From NCBI GenBank assembly GCA_043803105.1, contig JAZDKJ010000012.1, positions 23,337-87,336 of the forward strand: a DNA stretch of 64,000 bases, read 5' to 3'. The DNA comes from Candidatus Woesearchaeota archaeon. Lineage in GTDB: Archaea; Nanobdellota; Nanobdellia; Woesearchaeales; JAZDKJ01. The translations under genes were made by a program, and so were the position numbers. The notes under the pieces are model-generated. The model saw nothing but the letters and a program-made list of their open reading frames with translations. It was not told where the DNA came from and made no database searches. Within the stretch, counting starts at the first letter, position 1; the number at the start of each line of letters is the position of its first letter. Of the stretch, positions 63,554 through 64,000 are shown piece by piece.

Positions 63554-64000
63554 GTGGCTGAGCCGGCAATCATCTTTCTCGGTACAGGTGGGGATTCTGT
63601 TGTAGTTGGTAAGCAGTTAAGGGGCTCTGGCGGCATTATCCTGCACGTTAATGATTATCAATTTCACATTGATCCTGGCCCTGGAGCTCTTGTTAGGGCC
63701 TTGCAGTTTGGTGTTAATGTCCGGGAAAACACTGCAGTCCTTGTCTCTCATGCCCATACAAATCATTGCAATGACGTTAATGCAGTCCTTTCAGCAATGA
63801 CTTATAACGGCCTTGATATCAAGGGTGTTCTTGTTGCAAACGACACTCTTGTTAATGGCCTAGAGAACGAGCCTCCATTCCTCACAAAATTTCACAGGGA
63901 AATGGTGGAGAGGATTATTAACATTAAGCACGGACAGAAGATTGGCATTGAGGACATTGAGATTCATGCCTTGAAGGCACGCCACACTGACCCAAACTCC
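63554..64000 (+). CDS. metallo-beta-lactamase-fold hydrolase, 3' end truncated by window edge (GTG start; not in ORF track)
   Basis: FLGTGG...HIDPGPG...VSHAHTNHCND (HxHxxH variant of the MBL metal motif); open to window end. Confidence 0.5.
   Translation, partial: MAEPAIIFLGTGGDSVVVGKQLRGSGGIILHVNDYQFHIDPGPGALVRALQFGVNVRENTAVLVSHAHTNHCNDVNAVLSAMTYNGLDIKGVLVANDTLVNGLENEPPFLTKFHREMVERIINIKHGQKIGIEDIEIHALKARHTDPNS

Overview
This 64-kb window appears to be archaeal chromosome from a small, reduced genome resembling DPANN lineages, though the lineage is not established. Archaeal informational genes include radA, radB, RPA, aIF5A, aMBF1, NAC-alpha, Sec61-beta, RpoD and RpoN, ribosomal proteins S2, S13, S4, S11, L18e, L13 and S9, RNase P RNA, SRP RNA and an intron-containing tRNA-Leu. 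Bacterial-like genes include gyrA, a bacterial-type leuS, a MATE transporter and maf. Five stretches stand out. (a) At 0.6-9.6 kb sits a cluster of secreted proteins with pilin-like (class III) N-termini, including three peptidoglycan-hydrolase domains (M15 peptidase, Amidase_3, SLT lytic transglycosylase) and small Cys-rich peptides. This is unexpected for an archaeon and suggests interaction with or attack on bacteria. (b) At 14.4-21.5 kb is a tandem array of four mosaic surface-protein paralogs; each repeat unit drags along a copy of the 3' end of the upstream thpR gene. (c) At 23.5-32.7 kb is a glycosylation island with three GT-C paralogs and a GT2 processive synthase split by a poly-C frameshift. 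(d) At 39.1-40.3 kb are remnants of pyrimidine biosynthesis: a carB C-terminal fragment and a truncated dihydroorotase-like gene. (e) At 53.7-54.5 kb a tRNA-Leu is followed by a duplicated 3' end and a membrane-protein gene inserted in the ribosomal/RNAP operon. Two further structured non-coding regions of unknown identity are flagged. No CRISPR array was seen.
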